Shown: positions 20,097-28,845, numbered from the stretch's first letter. The stretch: DNA of 64,000 bases from Candidatus Portnoybacteria bacterium (GCA_028688325.1 JAQTYI010000004.1:8638-72637), one strand, 5' to 3'. Notes: generated by a model from the sequence alone, not told the origin. Numbers and translations: made by a program.

Positions 20097-20240
20097 GATA
20101 CCCTCCCTCTCCGCCAGATGTCCAAGTTATAACCGAGGTAAAATAAGGGATTTTGACGATTGAAAAGCTGGTATCCGTAAAGATGTCGGTTTTTCAATAA
20201 TACTTATCAATAGCAAAGAAAATTGGTATAATAGAGTCAT

Positions 20241-21413
20241 ATGAATGGAAGTCAAAAACATCTAAATCATATAGACGCCATTAATCTTGGGTCATATTAT
20301 ACCCCAGGTATTATTGTTGATTTGGCTTATTCTATTTTGCAAAAAAATATCAAAGATATTAAAGATTTTTCAATATTAGATTCTTCTTGTGGTTACGGTT
20401 CTTTTTTGATAAGAAACAACATTGTGAAAAGATTGATTGGAGCCGATATCGATCAAAAAGCCATTTCTGAAGCAAAAAAAATAATTAGCGGAGTTGATTT
20501 TATCTGTCAAAATTCTCTTTTGAATGTTAGTCGTTCAAGTTTAATGATTAAGAATGATGAAAAAATTATAACCATAGGAAATCCTCCATATAACGATACA
20601 ACATCTATAATTCGTAATTCCATTAAAGATACTTCCATTCAGGATAAAATCGATGCCGACATAAAAACTAGGGATTTAGGCATGTCATTTTTATTGTCTT
20701 ACGACAAACTAAAAGCGGATTATGTTTGTGTTTTGCATCCTTTATCATATTTAATCAAAAAAGCCAATTTTGCCCTGCTTTCAAAATTCGCTAAAAATTA
20801 TAAATTAATTGACGGAATAATCATAAGCAGTCACGAATTTTCTGATACTTCTCGCGGAATGGCTTTTCCGATCTTGATCGCCCTTTATGAGAGGGATGAA
20901 AAAGGAATGGACTATAATTATATTCAAAATTATCAGTTCAAGGTGAAGGACGATGGTATTTTCCGTCTAAAGGATTTTGATACTATAGTCAACTATGTTC
21001 AAAAATATCCAAATAAAAAATTTTTAAATAAAAATGACAAGCCAGTAGCAAGGTTTTGGACTTTGAGAGATATAAATGCACTTAAACGAAACAGGACTTT
21101 TATTGATGAAGATACTTATAATACCGTTTATGTGTTAATGGAAAAATTGCCCTATTATTGCTACATCGATATTTTCAAACAATATACAGATAGAATGCCT
21201 TATTTCATTGGCAATTGTGATGTGATAATTGATAATGAAAAATTCGGAAAAATAAAGGAGTGCTTTATTGCCCAAAGCGTTCACACAAATCCGGTATTAA
21301 GAAATAAGTTTAGGTTTAGAGAAATTCCGGATGCAAAATTTAAAATAGATAACTATTTTAAAGAGTTGTTAGAAAATAAATTTGGAAAAAAACATGCCGC
21401 AAATTTTAATTAA
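20241..21413 (+). CDS. N6-adenine DNA methyltransferase (M.PabI/M.HpyAXII-like, probably GTAC)
   Basis: G-x-YYTP, LDSSCGYGSF (motif I), GNPPY (motif IV), VLHPLSYLIK; AT-rich relative to flanks. Confidence 0.85.
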   Translation: MNGSQKHLNHIDAINLGSYYTPGIIVDLAYSILQKNIKDIKDFSILDSSCGYGSFLIRNNIVKRLIGADIDQKAISEAKKIISGVDFICQNSLLNVSRSSLMIKNDEKIITIGNPPYNDTTSIIRNSIKDTSIQDKIDADIKTRDLGMSFLLSYDKLKADYVCVLHPLSYLIKKANFALLSKFAKNYKLIDGIIISSHEFSDTSRGMAFPILIALYERDEKGMDYNYIQNYQFKVKDDGIFRLKDFDTIVNYVQKYPNKKFLNKNDKPVARFWTLRDINALKRNRTFIDEDTYNTVYVLMEKLPYYCYIDIFKQYTDRMPYFIGNCDVIIDNEKFGKIKECFIAQSVHTNPVLRNKFRFREIPDAKFKIDNYFKELLENKFGKKHAANFN

Positions 21414-22155
21414 AAAAGACGAACATAAAATAAAAATACCAATTTTATTAACTGCTGTTAGTGGAAAAATTCGCATTAAAAACCGATCAATTTTGAATGA
21501 ATACGGAACGCCAGTTGCAGTTAAAAGAGATGGTTTCTTATTAAGCAATTATGTCGAGTGGCAAATTGGCTACGATGTGGTTAAAAAGGAAACAGAAAAG
21601 CTCGCAGAGTCATCACTACCCGAAACTGAATTTATTGGGGCAAATGGAAAGGTCAAGGCGCTTTATGAATTGTCAGAGTATATCTGGTATTTTTATAAAT
21701 GGAACATTATCACCAGAGAAGAATTAGAGAGCGTTATCGCTTATCTTGATTCGATACAAGACCAGAATTTAATTGATAATAATTCCGAGTTGCAAATTGA
21801 CCGCAGTCATCCAATTGAGAAAAATATAAATGGATTTGATTTTGAATATACTCAAGTTAAATACCCTCTATTGATTTACAAATTTAATGGATACGAAATT
21901 ATTACCGAAATAAAAATTACCGAAAAGCAATATGCGGTTGGCACACAGCCAATGTTGTATTTATGTTTTCCAATCACAGAGTTAAAATCAGAAGTTAATT
22001 TAATTGGACGATGCGCCGAAATAAAAGAAATTGCCTATTTTGAAATTTCGGAAAGTAATATTAAAGTATTTTTGGAAATGCTAAAAATGTTTGGCATTTT
22101 ATCTAAAAACCACAAACACGATATTCTACAGATTATTAATACGATTTTAGAATAA
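21394..22155 (+). CDS. R.PabI-family (HALFPIPE) restriction DNA glycosylase
   Basis: LT-x-x-SGKIRIK-x-R, YVEWQIGYD, LYELSEY, Q-x-AVG-x-QPMLY, C-terminal H-x-x-D (HKHDI); overlaps the MTase gene. Confidence 0.82.
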   Translation: MPQILIKKDEHKIKIPILLTAVSGKIRIKNRSILNEYGTPVAVKRDGFLLSNYVEWQIGYDVVKKETEKLAESSLPETEFIGANGKVKALYELSEYIWYFYKWNIITREELESVIAYLDSIQDQNLIDNNSELQIDRSHPIEKNINGFDFEYTQVKYPLLIYKFNGYEIITEIKITEKQYAVGTQPMLYLCFPITELKSEVNLIGRCAEIKEIAYFEISESNIKVFLEMLKMFGILSKNHKHDILQIINTILE

Positions 22156-22211
22156 TCCCAACAAGGAGTTTAATCGCTCTTTTTTGTTTACACAATAATA
22201 TTTTATTTACC

Positions 22212-22307
22212 CCGTATAAATAAGGCCTTTGGCGAGGATAGAAAATAATTACTAAGTCGCAGTAGGTAATTTAACGCAACCGGCAGGCGATACTATTTAA
22301 CGGGGTT
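22212..22307. repeat. ACCCCGT...ACGGGGT palindromic element
   Basis: accccgtataaata ... tatttaacggggt; relatives at about 3571, 24117 and 51228. Confidence 0.6.
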
Positions 22308-22510
22308 TACTTTTTATATTCCAAAATATCTCCGGGCTGGCATTCAAGCGCCTTGCAAATCGCTTCCAGCGTTGATAACCGGATCGCTTTTGCTTTGCTG
22401 TTTTTCAAGACGGAAATGTTGGCCAGCGTGATGCCGACTTTATCGGCGAGCTCGGTGACGCTCATTTTGCGCTTGGCCAGCATCACATCGATGTTGATGA
22501 TAATTGCCAT
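22307..22510 (-). CDS. XRE/Cro HTH regulator (YozG-like)
   Basis: MAIIINIDVMLAKRKMS..ELA..VGIT.AN.S.LK..KAKAIR.STL.AIC.AL.CQPGDILEY. Confidence 0.9.
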   Translation of the reverse strand: MAIIINIDVMLAKRKMSVTELADKVGITLANISVLKNSKAKAIRLSTLEAICKALECQPGDILEYKK

Positions 22511-22514
22511 ATGT

Positions 22515-23030
22515 TTAAACAGTTAAGTCGTTCTCTGATTTGATATCCACGGCGCCTTGCAGGGTTTTTTCAAACACAGCCGTCGCGGTGGCAATGACGA
22601 TAGAAATAAAAGTTGCCACAATGCACATGGCAATAAAACCCGCCGGGTCGTCATTTTCAGTAGGAGATATCCCATAGGATATCCTTATGTATAGCCCCGC
22701 CATTACAATTGAGGCGCTTAATACGATCGCGCAATATTTTATGGTCCGTAAAGCGTTCACGGCCGCCTGCGAGAACACTTTATTTTGCCCGATGTATCGG
22801 AGCAATTTAAACGCCTGATATAGCGCGATAAAAAACGGGATAGATGCCGCGTACCCGTACATAATGAACGGATCAGAGTAAATACTGAACAGGTCTAAGT
22901 TTACGGCTCTCCCCTCGGTCAAGGGAAATCGGATCATAATGGCTATTGCCACGATGCCGATGAGCACGATGACTGCCTGAAGAAATATTGTGGTTCGACT
23001 ACGCTCATCATAAATTGAGCTTTTTTTCAT
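22515..23030 (-). CDS. DUF2975 membrane protein
   Basis: TIFLQAVIVLIG, FSQAAVNALRTIKYCA, C-terminal IKSENDLTV; canonical partner of the YozG-like HTH. Confidence 0.88.
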   Translation of the reverse strand: MKKSSIYDERSRTTIFLQAVIVLIGIVAIAIMIRFPLTEGRAVNLDLFSIYSDPFIMYGYAASIPFFIALYQAFKLLRYIGQNKVFSQAAVNALRTIKYCAIVLSASIVMAGLYIRISYGISPTENDDPAGFIAMCIVATFISIVIATATAVFEKTLQGAVDIKSENDLTV

Positions 23031-23071
23031 AGTTGATTTCGGTTAGTAATAAATACAGCATAGCCCGTCGC

Positions 23072-23112
23072 TTATCGTTTGTCAATATATATTTATCGTT
23101 ATCTGTGGATAA
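23072..23112 (-). promoter_or_regulatory. Putative autoregulatory operator overlapping the -35 of DUF2975-HTH
   Basis: TTATCGTT twice; minus strand ATTGACAAACGATAA contains TTGACA. Confidence 0.5.
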
Positions 23113-23251
23113 CCGCAATGCCAAAATAGACCGATTTTTCTTGTAAATACTTTATAGTTCGTGTATAATTTTATATATACAATTAAAATCAAACTTCGAG
23201 ACATCGCAGGCACCCGCGTTAAAAGTCATTAAATAATCAATAATTCATACT

Positions 23252-23425
23252 ATGAAAAAATTTCTGCAGTATTTTGTTATAGAATTCATAATTATTTTCG
23301 CAGTCGGTTCAACAGGATATTGGATATTGGGGGCGCCTTTTGATGTCAATCAAATCCTTTTTGTATCTTTGGTTTCCGGCGCAATCATAGCTTATGCCAT
23401 GCTTGCGTTGCAGAAGCATAATTGA
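23252..23425 (+). CDS. Small 2-TM protein (57 aa, below ORF-track cutoff)
   Basis: MKKFLQYFVIEFIIIFAVGSTGYWILGAPFDVNQILFVSLVSGAIIAYAMLALQKHN. Confidence 0.6.
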   Translation: MKKFLQYFVIEFIIIFAVGSTGYWILGAPFDVNQILFVSLVSGAIIAYAMLALQKHN

Positions 23426-23444
23426 CGGGGAATTAGTAAGGAGT

Positions 23445-23741
23445 ATGAGAATATTGCTCAAAAAACCTGGCGCCTGGCTGCCGATAGCAATGTCGCTGGC
23501 CATGCTGGCGTATATTCTAATTTACATCGCGATGTTTGGCGTTTCCGCGCCCGATCCGAACGCTGATGAAGGCGCACCCGCGCGTGTTTTTCAGATATGG
23601 ATGGCCTTGGAGGCGCTGGCGGTGATATTTTTTGCGATAAAATGGCTGCCGCAAAAACCAAAACAAGCGTTGGCGGTGCTGGCGCTGCAGATAGCAGCTG
23701 CGCTTGCGCCTATAGCCATTATTTTCTTTTTGGAGTTATAA
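23445..23741 (+). CDS. Small 3-TM membrane protein
   Basis: LKKPGAWLPIAMS...DEGAPARVFQIWM; AGGAG SD. Confidence 0.7.
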   Translation: MRILLKKPGAWLPIAMSLAMLAYILIYIAMFGVSAPDPNADEGAPARVFQIWMALEALAVIFFAIKWLPQKPKQALAVLALQIAAALAPIAIIFFLEL

Positions 23742-23748
23742 TAAAGAT

Positions 23749-23901
23749 ATGAAATATCCTAAATTCACCAACCTGGCGGTATTTGTAATATTTTTCGGCA
23801 TCGCTTTGATAGAAGCCGTGCAGAAAAATAATTGGCTGGAAGCCGCACTGTTTTTGGCGCTGGGAGCATTGTCGCTTTGGGCCGATTTTAAGAAAAATTA
23901 A
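23749..23901 (+). CDS. Small 2-TM protein (50 aa)
   Basis: MKYPKFTNLAVFVIFFGIALIEAVQKNNWLEAALFLALGALSLWADFKKN; tightly packed between neighbours. Confidence 0.6.
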   Translation: MKYPKFTNLAVFVIFFGIALIEAVQKNNWLEAALFLALGALSLWADFKKN

Positions 23902-23905
23902 TATT

Positions 23906-24106
23906 ATGGCTGTAATCTTATTCGGCAAACCTTTGGCTTTTTGGCTGGGGTTTATAACTCTGGCGGTTTTTTGCTTGCAGCTTTATTCGGGCATCCGGAT
24001 GGCCAAGGGGCGTATTGAGCTCTTAAAATATCATAAAATAAACGCAGTCATACTTTCTTTGCTGGTTTTGACGCATATGTTTTTTGCCATAAGTTTGCAT
24101 CTATAA
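23906..24106 (+). CDS. Small 2-TM protein with His residues
   Basis: LFGKPLAFWLG...KYHKINA...HMFFA. Confidence 0.65.
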   Translation: MAVILFGKPLAFWLGFITLAVFCLQLYSGIRMAKGRIELLKYHKINAVILSLLVLTHMFFAISLHL

Positions 24107-24176
24107 TAATTAAATTCACCCGGTTAGATAATCGCTTTGCGATTCCTGCGTAGCAGGATTTAACGGGGTAAAAAAT

Positions 24177-24395
24177 ATGACTGATGAAACAAGTTCGTCT
24201 TCGTGCAAGTGCGGCAGCCACAAAAAGGTGAAATGCGGCGCCGGAGGCGGTGTTTACGGCCTGGCCTTTATCGGCGCGGCGGTCTATTATATCCAGCACG
24301 CGGACACATTTTGGATGGGAGCGCTGGGGATTCTGAAAGCCATTATTTGGCCGGCAATGGTTATTTATAAGGTTTTGGAATTTTTCGGGATGTAG
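24177..24395 (+). CDS. Small membrane protein
   Basis: GGVYGLAFIGAAVYYIQHA.TFW.G.LG.LKA..WPA...YK motif. Confidence 0.7.
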   Translation: MTDETSSSSCKCGSHKKVKCGAGGGVYGLAFIGAAVYYIQHADTFWMGALGILKAIIWPAMVIYKVLEFFGM

Positions 24396-24508
24396 TTTCA
24401 AGGCAATTTAAGGCCATTTTAGGGCTCTGGCGCCGGTTTTTCCTTGTAAAACTGGCGCTGTTAGAGTATAATCGCAATGTCTGACATGCGTAATAATCTC
24501 ATAAAGAC

Positions 24509-24993
24509 ATGAATAAATCATTGCATCGTTCCCAAACCGACAAAATTCTGGCCGGTGTTTGCGGGGGGTCGCCGAGTATTTCGGTGTGGACTCAACCGTT
24601 GTGCGCCTGCTTTTTATTTTAGTCGTGGCGATAGGCGGTTCGGGCGTGCTTTTATATGCCCTGATGTGGCTTTTGATGCCAGCCGGTCCGAAAGAAGAGG
24701 CCTTGATAACAGAAGAAAAGATAAAAGAGTTCGCCGGCGAGCTAAAAGACAAAGCGCAGGAATTCAAAGAGGAAATAGCCAAGCGCCATAACGACGCCGA
24801 CGGTCATCGCCACAACGGTCACGGGGCTTGCCGCCATAATTTTTTCGGCTGGTTTTTGCTGATCCTGGGCATTGCTTTTTTGCTAAATAATTTTGTGCCC
24901 TCTTGGATGCGTTTGCAGATGTTGAAATTCTGGCCCCTGATACTGATAGCGGCCGCGGTCGTGCTTATCGCGAGGCCGGGAAAAGAAAAATAA
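24509..24993 (+). pseudogene. pspC: PspC-domain membrane protein, frameshifted in a G6 tract
   Basis: MNKSLHRSQTDKILAGVCGG is in one frame and VAEYFGVDSTVVRLLF in another; one extra G at 24563-24568 would restore GVCGGVAEYFG. Confidence 0.8.
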
Positions 24994-25005
24994 TATTTTG
25001 TGCCT

Positions 25006-25063
25006 GTCATTCTAAGGCCGTAGGGCGAAGATTCTAAGATCCTTCGCTTCGCTCAGGATGACA
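25006..25063. repeat. GTCAT...ATGAC palindromic element
   Basis: tgtcattctaaggccgtagggcgaagattct...agatccttcgcttcgctcaggatgacaa. Confidence 0.8.
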
Positions 25064-25074
25064 ATTGATAAATT

Positions 25075-25482
25075 ATGAAAAAACTCATTGTTCTGATAAT
25101 CATTGTTCTGGCCGGTGGCTGGGCTTTGCAAAATTACACCAGCTTCAGGGCGATGGACTACGCCAAAGATTATTGGCAGAAAGTTGACTGGTCAAAAATA
25201 AATGTTTTTTCCAGAGACAAGGCGGTTCCCGATGCCAGCAAACAGCTCAATATTTTTATCAAAGAAAGCAAATTTACTCCTAATTTCAGCGCTGCCGAAT
25301 CGGGCATAAAAGCAACCTGGTTCAACGAGGATGATGAAAAACATACCGTAACGGGCGACAGCTGGGGCAGCGGCGAAATCGCGCCGGGCAAGGCATATAG
25401 CAAAATATTCAATGAAGCGGGAACCTATAAATACCATTGTTCTATACACCCAAGCATGACGGGGGAAATTATAGTTAAATAA
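25075..25482 (+). CDS. Membrane-anchored cupredoxin (plastocyanin-like)
   Basis: N-terminal TM; WFNEDDEKHTV and YHCSIHPSM type-1 copper ligands. Confidence 0.88.
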   Translation: MKKLIVLIIIVLAGGWALQNYTSFRAMDYAKDYWQKVDWSKINVFSRDKAVPDASKQLNIFIKESKFTPNFSAAESGIKATWFNEDDEKHTVTGDSWGSGEIAPGKAYSKIFNEAGTYKYHCSIHPSMTGEIIVK

Positions 25483-25490
25483 AAAGATAA

Positions 25491-25650
25491 TTGTCATTCC
25501 GAGCCCCGCATCCAAAATCATAGATTTTTGGTGCGGGATAAACTCCGCGAGGAATCTCGCGGGAGCGTAGCGACCCGCGCAACGGTCTCGCATACGCGAG
25601 AGATCCTTCACGGAGTTTATACTGAACGAAGTGAATGTGTTCAGGATGAC
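25491..25650. repeat. TTGTCAT-family element, closest copy of 1484-1622
   Basis: About 90 bp near-identical to 1484-1576, including gcgggagcgtagcga(t/c)ccgcgcaac. Confidence 0.9.
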
Positions 25651-25657
25651 CAAAGCA

Positions 25658-27505
25658 TTGGACGGAGTGATTGATCAAATAAAACAAAAACTCGATATTT
25701 TAGAAGTGTTGGGGGAATATATCAAACTCACCAAGGCCGGCCGGAACCATAAGGCGAAGTGCCCCTTTCATGCCGAGCGCTCGGCTTCCTTTATGGTTTC
25801 GCCAGAGCGCCAGATTTGGCATTGTTTTGGGTGCGGCCTGGGCGGGGATATTTTCGGATTCGTGATGAAAATAGAGGGCGTGGAATTTGGCGACGCGCTG
25901 CGTCTTTTGGCGCGGCGAGCCGGCGTGACATTGAAAAAACAGGATCCGCAGGTCCAATCGCAAAAAAAGCGGCTATACGATATTTGCGAGCTGGCCGCCA
26001 AATTTTTTGAAACGCAATTGCATAAAACCGCAGCGGGTAAAAAAGCGTATGAATATCTTGCCGAACGGGGAATGAAGGCACAAACAATAAAGGACTGGCG
26101 GCTGGGTTGGGCACACGATGATTGGCGCGCGTTGGGAGATTTTTTGAAAAGCAGGGGATACAAGGAGGATGAGATAGAAACAGTCGGGTTGATAATCAAA
26201 AAAGATTATAACTCCCCCCAACCCCCCATTAATTTAAGAGGGGGTGAGCGGAGCGGGGGGGCGTTAGGCCATTATTATGATAGATTCAGGAGTAGAATAA
26301 TTTTTCCGATTGCAGACAGCCAGGGCCAGGTGATAGCGTTCGGCGGCAGGATATTCGGCGAGGCGGCCAAAAAAGAAGATGTGGCCAAATATCTCAATTC
26401 GCCCCAGACCCCGCTTTATGATAAAAGCAGCGTTCTTTACGGATTGAACAAGGCCAAAAACGATATCCGCGTCAAAGACCAATGTGTTATAGTCGAAGGG
26501 TATATGGATTTGATAATGTCGCACCAGGCCGGCATTGCCAACGCGGTGGCGTCTTCCGGCACGGCCTTGACCGAAAACCATCTGGCAATTATTGGTCGCT
26601 ATGCTAAAACCCTGGCTATGGCGTTCGATTCGGACGAGGCCGGCGGTATGGCCACGCGCCGCAGCATCGATCTGGCGCTGAGGCGGGATTTCAATGTCAA
26701 AGTCATATTGATGGATGAAAAAGATCCGGCCGATATCGTCAAAAAGGATCCGGCGGAATGGCCGAAATTGATAGAAAACGCCCAGAGCATAATGGATTTT
26801 TATTTCACTTACGCTTTTGCCAAGCGCGACGCCAAATCGGTTGAAGGCAAGCGCGAGATAAGAAAAATCTTATTGACAGCCATAAAATCCATCGCCAGCA
26901 AGACCGAGCAGGGCGAATGGATAAACGAATTGGCGCGCCGTTTGCGCGCGGACGAGCGGGACCTTTTGGCCGATATGAAGAAAATAAAATTGGAAACGCC
27001 GGAGGATTATGGCGGCGCGCCAAACAGCGAACCCGCGCAGATTATCGCCAAATCCCGGCTTGAGGGGCTCGAAGAAAGATTTCTGGGGTTGTGTCTGAGC
27101 CATCCGAAACATTTTTCCGAGATCACCGCTGACGAAAGCGACTTTCATAATGACGATTTGGCGCAAATTTTTAAAGGGTTAAAGAAGCTGTCGGGTAAAA
27201 AAGAAGGCAATGAGCTGCTGGTGTCGCTCCGTAAAGAATTAAAGCCGGAATTGCAGATAAAGATCGACTACCTCATATTCCAGATTGAGCAGCACGAGAG
27301 GGACGAAAAAGACATCATCGCGGAAATCGCTTCTTGCATCCTGGAACTTAAGCTTTTGCGGTTAAGGAATAAATTGACGGCCTTGAGCTTTGACATCAAA
27401 GACGCCCAGCAAGGCAAAGATAAAAATAAACTGGGAAAACTTTTAAAACAATTCGATCAGACATCTTCCGATTTAAACAGCATAACAAACACAGATGCCA
27501 GGTAG
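25658..27505 (+). CDS. dnaG: DNA primase
   Basis: CPFH..ERSASF..WHCFGC zinc finger, YDRFRSRIIFPI, KYLNSPQT, VEGYMD, FDSDEAG; probable TTG start at 25658. Confidence 0.96.
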   Translation: MDGVIDQIKQKLDILEVLGEYIKLTKAGRNHKAKCPFHAERSASFMVSPERQIWHCFGCGLGGDIFGFVMKIEGVEFGDALRLLARRAGVTLKKQDPQVQSQKKRLYDICELAAKFFETQLHKTAAGKKAYEYLAERGMKAQTIKDWRLGWAHDDWRALGDFLKSRGYKEDEIETVGLIIKKDYNSPQPPINLRGGERSGGALGHYYDRFRSRIIFPIADSQGQVIAFGGRIFGEAAKKEDVAKYLNSPQTPLYDKSSVLYGLNKAKNDIRVKDQCVIVEGYMDLIMSHQAGIANAVASSGTALTENHLAIIGRYAKTLAMAFDSDEAGGMATRRSIDLALRRDFNVKVILMDEKDPADIVKKDPAEWPKLIENAQSIMDFYFTYAFAKRDAKSVEGKREIRKILLTAIKSIASKTEQGEWINELARRLRADERDLLADMKKIKLETPEDYGGAPNSEPAQIIAKSRLEGLEERFLGLCLSHPKHFSEITADESDFHNDDLAQIFKGLKKLSGKKEGNELLVSLRKELKPELQIKIDYLIFQIEQHERDEKDIIAEIASCILELKLLRLRNKLTALSFDIKDAQQGKDKNKLGKLLKQFDQTSSDLNSITNTDAR

Positions 27506-27624
27506 TGAAAATTCGACTGTTTATGCAAGAACTGAGAATTTTAATTACTTGGTAAAAAATAGAAAATTGAGATAGTAATTAATCATAAGAATGATTAATT
27601 ACTTGTTGAATTTCTACTACCTGG

Positions 27625-28845
27625 ATGTCAAAAAATAAAAAACGGCTCGGAAAAAAGAAAAAAATTAAAAAAGTGGCCAAAAAGAGTGCGAGAAAAACTA
27701 AGAAAAAAAAGGCCGCCAAAAAAGGCAAAATAAAAAGAACCAAACGGGCTCAAAAAGCGCTGTTTTCCGATGAGCGGGTGAATCTTTTCATCAACCGAGG
27801 CCGTCAAAGAAGTTTTGTCACTGAAACCGAGCTCATTCATTTTTTCCCCCATATTGAATTTGACATCGAGGGGCTGGAAGAATTATACCGCAAGTTGGAG
27901 TCCGCTAATATCAAGGTTGTTGAAGCGGGTCAATTAATAGAAAAACCGTCTTCGCCGGATGATAAGCCGGTAAAAACGGCGAAAGACAGGGACTCGCTGC
28001 GCGGCTCGGAGCATACAGTTTTGGATTCGGTGCAGATGTATCTGCGCGAGATAGGGCGGGTGCCGCTGTTGAAATCCGAAGAAGAAATAGAATTGGCCAA
28101 GCAAAATGAAAAGGGCAATGAGGCGGCCAAGCAGCGCTTGACCAGCGCCAATTTGCGCCTGGTGGTTTCTATCGCTAAAAGATATGTGGGCCGCAGCCCG
28201 AATCTGACTTTATTGGATCTGATACAAGAGGGGAATATCGGGCTTTTTAAGGCCGTGGAAAAATATGATTGGCGCCGGGGATATAAATTCTCAACTTATG
28301 CCACCTGGTGGATTCGTCAAGCCATAACGCGCGCGCTGGCGGACCAGTCGCGCACCATCCGCATTCCCGTGCATATGGTGGAGACAATTTCCAAATACAC
28401 GCAGGTCAAGCGCCGTCTCTTGCAAGATCTGGGACGCGAGCCCTTGCCGGAAGAGGTGGCGATGGAAATGGGCATCGAAGTTGAAAAAGTCCGCCAGATA
28501 ATGAAAATTTCGCAAGAGACGGTTTCTCTGGAAGCGCCGGTGGGCGGAGACGAAGAGGATTCAACGCTGGGAGAATTCATTGAAGATGAAAAAACCATTT
28601 TACCGCATCACTCGGCCGCGCGCCGCTTGCTGAAAGAGCAACTGGATAATATTTTAGTTGACCTGGCGCCGCGCGAGCAAAAAATTCTAAAAATGCGCTT
28701 CGGCCTGGAAGACGGAGTAACGCACACCCTGGAAGAAGTGGGCAAAGAATTTGGTGTTACTCGCGAGCGCATCCGACAGATCGAAGCCAAAGCGCTCGAT
28801 AAGATTCGCATGCACGGCAGCTCTAAAAAATTAAAGGGATATTAA
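27625..28845 (+). CDS. rpoD: Primary sigma factor with a Lys-rich N-terminus
   Basis: [58 protein letters not shown]; follows dnaG. Confidence 0.96.
   Translation: MSKNKKRLGKKKKIKKVAKKSARKTKKKKAAKKGKIKRTKRAQKALFSDERVNLFINRGRQRSFVTETELIHFFPHIEFDIEGLEELYRKLESANIKVVEAGQLIEKPSSPDDKPVKTAKDRDSLRGSEHTVLDSVQMYLREIGRVPLLKSEEEIELAKQNEKGNEAAKQRLTSANLRLVVSIAKRYVGRSPNLTLLDLIQEGNIGLFKAVEKYDWRRGYKFSTYATWWIRQAITRALADQSRTIRIPVHMVETISKYTQVKRRLLQDLGREPLPEEVAMEMGIEVEKVRQIMKISQETVSLEAPVGGDEEDSTLGEFIEDEKTILPHHSAARRLLKEQLDNILVDLAPREQKILKMRFGLEDGVTHTLEEVGKEFGVTRERIRQIEAKALDKIRMHGSSKKLKGY

Larger units (their letters stand above)
19368..20116 (+). mobile_element. Putative tRNA-anchored GIY-YIG element pair bounded by duplicated tRNA ends
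   Basis: 17-bp direct repeat tatacacggagaggtcg at 19368 and 19677; 14-bp repeat ccctccctctccgc at 19756 and 20101, the outer copy ending in CCA. Confidence 0.6.

Noticed and set aside
19385-20100. Group I intron with a homing endonuclease in the tRNA
   Set aside because: The inner tRNA is uninterrupted and the non-coding flanks are too short for a ribozyme core.
19368-25482. Classical integrase-driven island at tRNA-Ser
   Set aside because: No recombinase, and the tRNA 3' duplication encloses only the 0.3-kb GIY-YIG gene, not the R-M block.
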